DNA of 61,189 nt, taken from IMG/VR virus record IMGVR_UViG_3300045454_000015, positions 1-61,189 of that record; one strand, 5' to 3'. The position numbers and the translations under genes are program-made. Origin of the DNA: a virus. The notes under the pieces are model-generated. The model saw nothing but the letters and a program-made list of their open reading frames with translations, did no database searches and was not told the DNA's origin. Below are positions 31,001 through 38,970 of this stretch, in pieces; the stretch's first letter is position 1; each line of letters opens with the position of its first letter.

Positions 31001-34000
31001 AGCAGGGTTTCGATCACGGCACGGCCGACGCCCTGGCCGCGGCCATTGTCGGCGTAGACCTCGATGTCCAGCAGCGACACCGGGCGGCCATTCTCCACCA
31101 GCAGTTCCACATGGCCCAGCACGTCGAAGCCTTCGGCGGGCATGATGGCGTAGCTGACGACCTCCTGGCCTGGCTCGGGGATGACCTCGAAGCGCTCGGT
31201 CGGCTGCGGGGCGGCCAGAACCACGGTGCTGCCGGTGTACTCGGGGAAGCCTTCGGGGGTGCGGGTGGTGGCCACCGTCGGGCGGTCTGGCGTGCGGCGG
31301 CTGAACAGCGGCAGGCCGTTCGCGGCGCGCTGGCGCATGGCGGGGGTGATGGTGAAGCCGGGTTGCTGCATCGGCTTGTAGTCGGGGTTCGCGCGATCCT
31401 GCACCCTGCCGCCGACGCTGGGGCCAACGTCCACCATCTCCACCGCCCCGCCGCCGGTCTTGCGCAGCACGTCCTTCAGCGCGGCCGGCACGATCTTGTC
31501 GTAGAAGGCGCGCATGCCTTCGCCGCCGACCTTGAGGCCGTTGCCACGCATGTCGCCGTAGGGCTGGCCCATGATCCGCTCGGCAACGTCTTTGCCGACG
31601 ATTTCGTCCAGGCGCTTGCCGTCGAACTCGTTGCCGATCGAGCCTCCACCCATTGAGCCGACTGCGCCGTCCGGCTGCAGCATGAACTCGATGTCGTTGC
31701 CATTGTTCGGCGTGATCGTGACGCGCTTCTCGGTGTCGTTGCCGCGGCCAGTCCACGCGATGCTGCGAACCTGCTTGCTCAGGTCATACCGCTCCGCGCT
31801 CTGCTCCCCGTTCACGAACGCCACCTTGTCGTAGCCCTCGTCCACGGCCATCTTGACGATGCGCTTCAGGGCCAGGGCCACCCACTTGTCGGTCTTGTCG
31901 ATGAAGGGGGCGGCAGGCACGCCGGCACGGTTCGGCGCCGTTTCCGTGGCGCTGCGGCTCTGCTCGATCACGCTCCACAGGGCGCCGTCGCGCTTGACCA
32001 CCAGCCGGTTTTCCATGCCGGGCTCGCGGTTGCGCTCCAAGAACGGCTGAAGCTCGCGCATCTTGGCCTGCGCCTGCGCCTCCGTCTCCAGCGTGTCCAG
32101 CGTGTCGGCGTCGAACCACTCGCGCGACTGGGGGATCATGTCAGTGCTCAGGCCCTTGCGGCGGGCGTCCTGGGCGTAGTCGCTCTGGATCTCCTCGACG
32201 AACAGCACGCGCTTGCCGTCCGCGTCGGTGCGGTCGTTGAGGCGGATGTGGGCCAGGACGTTCTTCTGGCTCCAGTGACTGGACGTGTAGTTTGTCTTGT
32301 CAGCACCAAGCGGCCCGCTGGTTCGCATGAAGTCGCGCGCCAAGTCCTGAGCGCGGTCTAGCGTGTAACCAGTCCTTAGCTCTCTGCCGTCAGGGAACAC
32401 GACATTGAAAAGACCGTCTCTCCTTTTAACGATTTTCGGCTGCGGCGCCTCCTTCTGTGGCAGCGTCAGCAGCACCTCCCGGTAGTTGGTGCCGCCGGGG
32501 AGGGTGTATTGGGCGTACTTGGTTGTGTCTGCCGGGACATCGGCGTTTTGCTGCCACTCGGCAATCGCGTCTTCTGGCGAATTGCCCGTGCCCTGAATCT
32601 CTCCGTTCTGGTCAAAGAGCGCGTACACATACTCAGTGTCTGCGCGCACTACCCATCCTCGGGGCAGGCTGGCTTTTGGGCTGCCGCCCAGCACCGTCTC
32701 TGTCACCCGCACGCCGTTGGCGCGCAGGTAGTCCGCCACGGCCTCACGCGACACCTTGCCGGCCTGCATGCCAAGCCAGTCCTCAACGCCGCTCCAAGTC
32801 ACCTCGTCCTGCTTGACGGCGCCCTTGGCCACCAAACCGCGCAGCAGCGTGCGCCAGCCGTCGGCGTTGGCCATCTTCTGGTTCGCGCCCACGATGGCGC
32901 GGTACAGCGGAGAGAAGAAGATCACAGGGTCGGAGTCTCGCCCGAAAACCGTCCCTGCCGTCCTGAACGTAGCCGCCCCGTTGACGCTGACGCTCTCGGC
33001 GGCCAGCACGAAGGCAGCGATGTCGTTGTCGGTCCAGCGGGCCGGGTCAATGGCCGCGGCCACCGTGGGCAGGTTCGCGCGGCGCAGGCTCACGGCAGTC
33101 TGGCGCAGCCACCGGCGGATCGCCGCGATCATGCGCTTGAAGCCGGTGAGCTTGGCCACCTGCTCCACCGGCATGTCGGCCAGTGCTTCCTCCACGGCCT
33201 CGACCCGCGACGAGGCCAGCCCGTCGTCGAGCTTGGCCTGGGCCGCCTGGCGCAGCGCCGGGTTGTCCTTCCACATGGCGTGCATGACCGCGCCCATCTC
33301 GTCCCCGGCACCGAGCATGGACCGGATGCCGTGGTGGCGGACCTCGTGGTAGCCCACCACGAAGCGCATGCGCTCGACGCTGGCGATGTTGCGCGGGAAG
33401 ACGTGGATCTCGCCCTCGTGGTAGGCCGCCTCGACATCGAACTCGGCGCCCTGGCTGCGGATGATGTCGCGCAGGGCCTTGGGCGCCTGCTGCAGCGTCT
33501 CGTGGATGTGGATCGGCGGGGCCTTGGGCAGCGCTTCGCGGATGGCTGCCGTGACGGCGCGGGCGTCGTCCATAGGCACACCGCCGCGGCGGGGGCCGGT
33601 GGAGCGGCTGAATGCTGCGTCGCCATCTCCAGCCGGGTAGTGCTTGTCCAGCACCGTCTTCGCGGCTCGGCGGGCGTTGTCGGTCAGTTGCCGCTGCCAT
33701 GCCTCGTTCTTCGGGCTCCACTTGAACCCGTTGGCCTTGAGGTCTTCGCGCACGGCGTCGCTCGGCTTGCCGTCGAAGATCAGGCGCAGCCTGTCGTCCT
33801 GCGCGTCCTCCACGATCCGCACGCCGTCACGCTCGGACTCCTGCGGGCCTGCCTGCGCCGCGGCCATGCGCGCCTCGGCGTCGGCCAGTCGCTCGCGCAG
33901 CCGGCGAATCTCGGCGTTGTTGTTGGTCAGGCGGTAGTCCGGGAACCCCTTGCGGCCGGCGAAGTCGCCCTTCTTCAGTTCGGCGATCTGCTCGGCCGTG

Positions 34001-37000
34001 AATCCCAACTCTTCCAGCGCCGCATCGTCACCCTTGCGGATGGCGACGTTCGCGGCCTTCATCGTCTCCTGCAGTTCCTCGCGCTCGGCAAGGCGCAGGC
34101 GCACGCTCTCCAGCTCGGACTCCGGGCTGTTGTCGATGGGGCCACGCGCGGCGCGGATCAGGCGCTTGATGCCGCGGGCAAGGTACTGCTGCGCCTCGTC
34201 GGCGCGCTTGCGCTCCGTTTCCATGCGCTTGCGGTTGCGCTCCACCGGGAAGCGGGCCGGGCCTGCAATCATGGATGACATGACGCGGCTGCGGGCCTCC
34301 AGCGTGCGCATGTAGCGTGCGCGGTAGCCCTGCGCCACGTCGGTGAACACCTCGCGGATGCGCTCTACGGCTTTCTCGTCTTGGCCGGCAATCCGTGCGG
34401 CACGGCTCCAGGCATCCTCCAGCGCAGCCATGAACGACTGCTGCTCCTGGCCAGCGCGGACTTCCGGCACATGCGACGTGCCCCGGTGCGCGTTCTGCGC
34501 CACCTCGCGCGGGATGCCAGCGACGGCGGGCATTGGCGCGGGTTCTGCCGGCGCCTCCCCCTCTGCTTCCGCCTCGGCTTGGGGCTGGGCGGCGGGGGCG
34601 GCCTTGCCCCACGCCATGAACGCATCTACTGCGGCCTGCGCATCCTTGGTTCGGTTGTAGACCGAGGTGGCGGCGTCCAGCGCCTCGTCCAGCGCATCCT
34701 CGCTCTTGAAGTCTCGGCGCAGAATCGGCAGGCGGTCGTACTTGACTTCAGCCGGCACGTTGCGGCCTTCATCCAGGGCCTTTCGCAGAGCCTTATCCCT
34801 CTCGATTGACCACAGAGCGAAGTTGCCACTGCCGAACTTCGCCGCGGCGATGGCATCTCGCAACTGGTCGTCCGTGGTGGCCCATGCCGGCTGCGTCAGC
34901 TTCAGGTCAAGCAGACTTCCGCCGTACTCGATCGTCAGCGTGGTGTCGTCTTCCTCCGGCTGCACAGCGGGCGCGGCATCCACCTCCGGTTGCGCGGCAG
35001 GGGCCTCGGCTTCGGGCTCGAACTCACCCACCGCTTCAGCGGTCGGCGTCAGGCCCGCGACCTTTCCAAGGCGCTCCTTGTCGCCCTTCAGCACCTCGGT
35101 GATGTCCAGGGCGCGCGCCGCGGCATAGTCCACTGCGGCTTGAGGGTCGCCTTCGTCAATCATGTTCTCGACTGCGGCCTTGGCCCCTCCGCTACCCCCC
35201 TCAACGCCGAACGTGCTGCCGGCCTCCTTGCGCATGCCGTAGCCGTTGACGCGAGGCGCCACGAACACGGGGAGCTTGTCGCTGAAGCCCGGGGACTTCT
35301 CCACCTTGCGGCGGAAGTCCGCCAGGGCCTCTCGGGTGTTGAGGATGGTGAAAGTCCCGTCGCCCGGCACCTTGATCTTCACGGTGTCTGGTGGTCTGAC
35401 CTTGCCCTCGACGTCCATGCGCCGCAGCAACGTGGCCAGTTGAGTGCGAGCCGCTTCCGGACCGCCGTTGAGCGTGCCGACCAGCTTGTTGCGCGTCTTT
35501 CCGGTGCCGCTGCCGTCGTAGGAGGTGTCGCGCACCTCCCAGTTCCCGTCGCTCGACTGCCGAGCATCGACAGAAAGCGTGCGGTCGCCGAACCTTCGGA
35601 ATCCGCTGATCTCCTTCTTGCCCCTGCGGGTGACGGCTTGACCGACGGCGATATCTGCGTTCAAGACTTCCTCGGTCGGAGCCTTCTCCATCGCTGCGTC
35701 GATCAACCGCAGCGCCTCGCGCTTCATCGTGGAGCGCGGCACGTCCTTGTTCTCGGCCGCCTTAGTGATGGCCTCGTTCACCACCGCCCGGTTCACGGGC
35801 TCGGCGGGCTCGCCAGGGTCTTTGTGGGTTGCCTGCGCCTCCAGCGTCACCGCGCCCGTCGGTCGTAGTGCTGGTTCCTGCTGCGCGCCGCGGCGAGCAA
35901 TGGCCACGATCTCTCGCGCAGTCGCTTCAATAAGCATCGAATCGGAAGGAGCCTTGAACTTTCCGTTGCGCTTGACGCTCTTGATCTTGGCGTTGGCGCG
36001 ACGCTCGAACTCCTTTTCTCCGACAGTAGCGATGGCCTCGCGCATGACTTCAACAGTCGGAACATCATTGATGGCGTTGATCTCCTCCATCGTCGGGCCG
36101 TCGTAAACCTCTGGCGCTGGCCCGTCCTGCTCAGCATCCGACCGCGCCCCCTCATCCCACCCGGCCAGCCATTCGGCCTTCTGGGCCTCGTTGAGTGTGT
36201 CCGGCGGCGTGGCCGGCTCGCCGCGGGCCTGCGCCTTCTTGCCGCGCAGGCGCGGGTCGCGCTGATCGCGCCCGCGCTCGATGGCCGGCGTGCCCACCCG
36301 GGACTCGACCAGGTTGCCCAGCGACATCTCGTCGTTGGCGTTGAGCCCATAGGACTCGGCCACCTTGGCACGCTCTTCGACGTAGGCGTCGTAGCCCTGC
36401 TCGCGCAGCACTTCGGCCAGGCGGTCGGCTTCCACGTCCGCCGGTGCCCGTCCTTGACCGGCTCCAACGGCACGGGTCTTCGCGCGCGCAATGAAGCCAC
36501 CCGTAACCGGCACCACCTCATGGCTGTCCGACAGGCCGCGCTTGTTCACCTCGCGCTGGGCGGCCATCTTCGTGGCGAAGGGCTCCCCGCCTTTGCGGGT
36601 GACCTCTACCCCATCGGCTTGTACGGCGGGGGCTCCGGCATCGGCAGGTCCTGGGGCTCGGGCTGCATCGCCCTCCACTGCCGCTCGCGCTTGACCTGCC
36701 GGGGCTTGGGTTTCGGGCTGGCGGGCTCGGGTCGGTGCGTCCTGGACATCACGGGTCTGGGGCTCCTGTGCTCGTCGGCGCAGGGCCGACAGTTCTCGGG
36801 CGGCGGCCATCATGCCCTGGCTGTCGCCGGCCTCCTTGGCGGCGTCGTAGCGGGCCGTGAGGGTCTCCTCGGTCAGTGCCGCGTCATCTCCTGCGGGTCC
36901 AGCTCCACCAGCCGCAGCCGGCGCAGCATCGGCCGGAACTCGTCCGGGTACGGCTCCTCGGGGTTCAGCAGCCGGTCGTCCATCAGCACCCACGCCTCGG

Positions 37001-38958
37001 CCTGCGTCAGCACCCCTAGCAGCACGGCCTCCTCCAGGTCCTCGTCCAGCTCCCATCGCCACGTCATTGGCCTGCTCCTTGCGCACGACAAAGCCGCCCT
37101 CCACGGGCACCACGGCGCCGCCATCCTTCTTGGCCGCGCGGTCGGCCGCCATGCGGGTCTTGAAAGGCTCGCCGCTGGGGTTCAGGGTGTCGCCCGGGCG
37201 CACCATGCGCGCCTGGGCGGCCTCCACGTCGGGCGTCAGGCCCAGCTCGTCGCGGCGCTGGCGCTCGGCGGCCGCCTCGTTCTGACCCTGGCGCGCGCTG
37301 ATCTCGTCCGCCCGGGTTTCCGGGGCCGCGCGGCCTGCACCGTCCACCCGGATCGTGCCGGTGGGGGCGGTGTCCAGCCCGATCTGGGGCACCCCGGGCG
37401 CGGCGCCGATCTGCTCGGGGCGCTGGTTGGCCCCGACGTTCGGGCGGCTCGGGATGGGCCGCAGCAAGGCTTCTCCGACCCCGCGCTCGGCCAGCTCCAG
37501 CAGGCGCGAGCGGGTGAGGTCTGGCAGGTCCACATCGGGGCGGTCGGCCAGCGAGGTGTAGTAGGTGATCTCGTTCAGCGCGTCATCGCCGAAGCGCTCA
37601 CGCACCTGCTCGCGCACGCGCTCGTCGGCCAGTTGCTCGCGCAGTGCGAGCACCCGGTCACTGAAAGCCGCGTCGGGCACGAACTGCGCCGTACCCTCCT
37701 TGCCCGGCTGGGGCGGGGTCTGACGGCCCGTCGGCACACCCCGGCGCACCACCTCGGGCGTGGAGCGGCCGGTGAAGTCGCGCAGGCCCTGCAGGTCGGA
37801 CTGGGCCTGCGCCTCCATGCGCGACAGTGCAGCGGCCTCCTGCTCTTCGGTGAGGCCAGCCGCCGAAAGGCCCGGCTCCTGGCCAGCAGGCGCGTCAACC
37901 ACGGGCGGCACCACCGGCGCCGCAGGGTCCTGTCCGCCGGCTTTGACGGCACGGGTCAGCGGCCCGTCGTTGGGCGCGGGCTCCACCGGCGCGCTGGAGA
38001 ACGCCGACACCCCTCCACCGAGAAGCCCGCCGGCCGCGCCCTCAAGCGCTGCCTGCCCGGCCACGCCCTGCCACGTCGGCACTTCGAACCCTTCGCGCTG
38101 CAGGGCCACGTTCGAGGCGTAGCGCTCCTGCCCACCCTGAACCGCCTCCGGGATGCCTTCGGCCACCGCACCGGCGGCCACGCGGCCCGCCAGCCCACCC
38201 GTGGCGCCCCCGCGCCCGATGATGCGCTCGATACCCGTCGAGCCGGCAGCCGCGCCTAGGCCGGCACCGGCGGCGATGTTGCCCTGGTTCGGGCCGTCAT
38301 AGGCCTGCGCTTCAGCGGCGCGGGCGGCGGCTTCCTCCGGCGGCACACCCGCCTCCAGCAGCCGGCGCTCCACCGCTTCGTAGATCTCGCCCTTGACCAC
38401 GCCAGCGCCCTGCACGGCACCCATGCCGGCGGTGGCCACGGTGCGCGCGAGATTGGCCTGCCCCAGGCCGGGGATGGCGGCCATGGCGACGGTCGGCGCC
38501 ATCGTGCCGGCGGCCTCCAGCAGCGTGTCCAGCGGGGCTTCGTAGAGCGCCCCGAGGTTGGCCTTGATGCTCTCCCAGGTGGAGCCCGATTCGTCGGCCT
38601 CCTTGATGCGCTGCGCGCGGCGCTGGCGCTCGGCCTTGCGGTAGTCGCTCTCCAGCGTGCTCAGGCTGTCCCGGGCGCCGCCCAGGGCTTCGGACACGGC
38701 GTTGTCGGCGCCGAAGGCATCGGACACCATCTTCACGCCCGACACCAGCCCGCGGCCCAGGGCCACGCCGGAGTCGCCCAGGCTGCGCAGCAGGCCGGGA
38801 TCTTCGGGCATCGGCGCCTCGAATTTCACCCCCAGACGCTCGGCCAGCACGGCCTTGTCCACCTTGGGGTAGTAGATGCGCTGAACGACGTCGATCAGGT
38901 GGGCGTCATCGAGCTGCGCCAGGTGGGGCAGCTTCTGCCGGAGTTGCTTGATGTCCAT
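28027..38958 (-). CDS. Giant polyvalent virion/ejection protein, 3,643 aa
   Basis: Single ORF. HEVRH zincin-like motif at 33334..33348, GNAT RGQGVGRAV at 31015..31041, PLMRFG (PLxRFG domain) at 29875..29892, and a hydrophobic C-terminal third. Confidence 0.8.
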   Translation of the reverse strand: MDIKQLRQKLPHLAQLDDAHLIDVVQRIYYPKVDKAVLAERLGVKFEAPMPEDPGLLRSLGDSGVALGRGLVSGVKMVSDAFGADNAVSEALGGARDSLSTLESDYRKAERQRRAQRIKEADESGSTWESIKANLGALYEAPLDTLLEAAGTMAPTVAMAAIPGLGQANLARTVATAGMGAVQGAGVVKGEIYEAVERRLLEAGVPPEEAAARAAEAQAYDGPNQGNIAAGAGLGAAAGSTGIERIIGRGGATGGLAGRVAAGAVAEGIPEAVQGGQERYASNVALQREGFEVPTWQGVAGQAALEGAAGGLLGGGVSAFSSAPVEPAPNDGPLTRAVKAGGQDPAAPVVPPVVDAPAGQEPGLSAAGLTEEQEAAALSRMEAQAQSDLQGLRDFTGRSTPEVVRRGVPTGRQTPPQPGKEGTAQFVPDAAFSDRVLALREQLADERVREQVRERFGDDALNEITYYTSLADRPDVDLPDLTRSRLLELAERGVGEALLRPIPSRPNVGANQRPEQIGAAPGVPQIGLDTAPTGTIRVDGAGRAAPETRADEISARQGQNEAAAERQRRDELGLTPDVEAAQARMVRPGDTLNPSGEPFKTRMAADRAAKKDGGAVVPVEGGFVVRKEQANDVAMGAGRGPGGGRAARGADAGRGVGADGRPAAEPRGAVPGRVPADAAPAAAGGAGPAGDDAALTEETLTARYDAAKEAGDSQGMMAAARELSALRRRAQEPQTRDVQDAPTRARQPETQAPAGQARAAVEGDAARAPGPADAGAPAVQADGVEVTRKGGEPFATKMAAQREVNKRGLSDSHEVVPVTGGFIARAKTRAVGAGQGRAPADVEADRLAEVLREQGYDAYVEERAKVAESYGLNANDEMSLGNLVESRVGTPAIERGRDQRDPRLRGKKAQARGEPATPPDTLNEAQKAEWLAGWDEGARSDAEQDGPAPEVYDGPTMEEINAINDVPTVEVMREAIATVGEKEFERRANAKIKSVKRNGKFKAPSDSMLIEATAREIVAIARRGAQQEPALRPTGAVTLEAQATHKDPGEPAEPVNRAVVNEAITKAAENKDVPRSTMKREALRLIDAAMEKAPTEEVLNADIAVGQAVTRRGKKEISGFRRFGDRTLSVDARQSSDGNWEVRDTSYDGSGTGKTRNKLVGTLNGGPEAARTQLATLLRRMDVEGKVRPPDTVKIKVPGDGTFTILNTREALADFRRKVEKSPGFSDKLPVFVAPRVNGYGMRKEAGSTFGVEGGSGGAKAAVENMIDEGDPQAAVDYAAARALDITEVLKGDKERLGKVAGLTPTAEAVGEFEPEAEAPAAQPEVDAAPAVQPEEDDTTLTIEYGGSLLDLKLTQPAWATTDDQLRDAIAAAKFGSGNFALWSIERDKALRKALDEGRNVPAEVKYDRLPILRRDFKSEDALDEALDAATSVYNRTKDAQAAVDAFMAWGKAAPAAQPQAEAEAEGEAPAEPAPMPAVAGIPREVAQNAHRGTSHVPEVRAGQEQQSFMAALEDAWSRAARIAGQDEKAVERIREVFTDVAQGYRARYMRTLEARSRVMSSMIAGPARFPVERNRKRMETERKRADEAQQYLARGIKRLIRAARGPIDNSPESELESVRLRLAEREELQETMKAANVAIRKGDDAALEELGFTAEQIAELKKGDFAGRKGFPDYRLTNNNAEIRRLRERLADAEARMAAAQAGPQESERDGVRIVEDAQDDRLRLIFDGKPSDAVREDLKANGFKWSPKNEAWQRQLTDNARRAAKTVLDKHYPAGDGDAAFSRSTGPRRGGVPMDDARAVTAAIREALPKAPPIHIHETLQQAPKALRDIIRSQGAEFDVEAAYHEGEIHVFPRNIASVERMRFVVGYHEVRHHGIRSMLGAGDEMGAVMHAMWKDNPALRQAAQAKLDDGLASSRVEAVEEALADMPVEQVAKLTGFKRMIAAIRRWLRQTAVSLRRANLPTVAAAIDPARWTDNDIAAFVLAAESVSVNGAATFRTAGTVFGRDSDPVIFFSPLYRAIVGANQKMANADGWRTLLRGLVAKGAVKQDEVTWSGVEDWLGMQAGKVSREAVADYLRANGVRVTETVLGGSPKASLPRGWVVRADTEYVYALFDQNGEIQGTGNSPEDAIAEWQQNADVPADTTKYAQYTLPGGTNYREVLLTLPQKEAPQPKIVKRRDGLFNVVFPDGRELRTGYTLDRAQDLARDFMRTSGPLGADKTNYTSSHWSQKNVLAHIRLNDRTDADGKRVLFVEEIQSDYAQDARRKGLSTDMIPQSREWFDADTLDTLETEAQAQAKMRELQPFLERNREPGMENRLVVKRDGALWSVIEQSRSATETAPNRAGVPAAPFIDKTDKWVALALKRIVKMAVDEGYDKVAFVNGEQSAERYDLSKQVRSIAWTGRGNDTEKRVTITPNNGNDIEFMLQPDGAVGSMGGGSIGNEFDGKRLDEIVGKDVAERIMGQPYGDMRGNGLKVGGEGMRAFYDKIVPAALKDVLRKTGGGAVEMVDVGPSVGGRVQDRANPDYKPMQQPGFTITPAMRQRAANGLPLFSRRTPDRPTVATTRTPEGFPEYTGSTVVLAAPQPTERFEVIPEPGQEVVSYAIMPAEGFDVLGHVELLVENGRPVSLLDIEVYADNGRGQGVGRAVIETLLAANPTADLNISNIVPEARGFWERMGIPQQNVEGAYDGILNWQTFAAADRRAPRQGAQGSRGAREGYDARAQGQAAGRAQEGEGGGVGPTRFSRAVLRDTIPQGVQDWLTDRTTSQRGFNRVWHRTIGTQFHKAKINKEFGRAYYAVQDFMKDVSRMATVAAEMAPDMLPQVETLSDLAKLAPTLASPAAYKQRKADIKAASDALFDGTLRYTRDEDGRAVPVDPDSAEPGGIVWTDDELRQRGMSERAIKMYRQSRAAIDQSLDNMLAADLYRQVSVMAPEMVSANPTDYETMLDALRRAASSDTPGDAVRAVKEAVERRLEAVQKALDGQPNQHTPDLMQRRQDLRKLQATIAEKVNRIADLKAAGYAPLMRFGPYAVDVIDGEGQRVYFGLYESQAEANKAARKFRESGLQVSQSVMPQKQFEALKGVSPETAMLFAEMLGVEKNEAMQKWLQNAVAEQSALKRHIRRKGIEGFDDDGSRVLAAFITSNARAASRALHSQRISDAVENIRQGDVQDEARALADYVNDPKEEAQGIRSLLFVQYIGGSIASAMVNLTQTFAQTFPYLSQFGGPAKAGSRVTAAMKMALAKKVDDAELAAALSRAEKDGVIKPQEVFQLQAEASRSLGSNLYVRSLLSAWGSMFQMAEVFNRRVAFIAAYNTAREQGMADPFKFAEDAVDETQSVFNRGNRPDWSRGAVGATLFTFKTFSIQYVEFLKRLPPKERALALAILVVAAGSQGLPFAEDLQDVLDSIAQGMGYQFSTKQAMNAMVARTLGQGAADFLQHGFSTLPGVPLDVSARLGLGNLLPGTGVLKASESRKEDEVLETFGVAGSFVRDALKGEVRPIALRNAAKALDMYQTGMYRNSRDYKVADVDAVDAVLKGLGLQPAGVARESRAAQAQYEAQAQYDAVSKRIREDWAKGLFEGDAQRVQDARDRLADWNAKNPEMPIRVNMPGILKRVREMRKPRAQRMEESAPRHLRPGIREALQ
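36873..37067 (-). CDS. Embedded +1-frame acidic protein, 64 aa
   Basis: AAGGAG lies 7 nt before the ATG. 62 of 64 codons end in G/C, versus about 23 of 65 in the overlapping giant-gene frame. MTWRWELDEDLEEAVLLGVLTQAEAWVLMDD... Confidence 0.6.
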   Translation of the reverse strand: MTWRWELDEDLEEAVLLGVLTQAEAWVLMDDRLLNPEEPYPDEFRPMLRRLRLVELDPQEMTRH

Positions 38959-38970
38959 GAGGGTCCGGGT

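Noticed and set aside
28336-31656. A 1,106-aa plus-strand ORF, and several 300-600-aa alternative-frame ORFs over the giant gene (for example 28940..30637, 32509..34278 and 36454..38259).
   Set aside because: They are low-complexity R/G/A/H/L-rich translations antisense to, or out of frame with, a gene with strong codon bias. The only alternative frame with real coding signal is 36873..37067.
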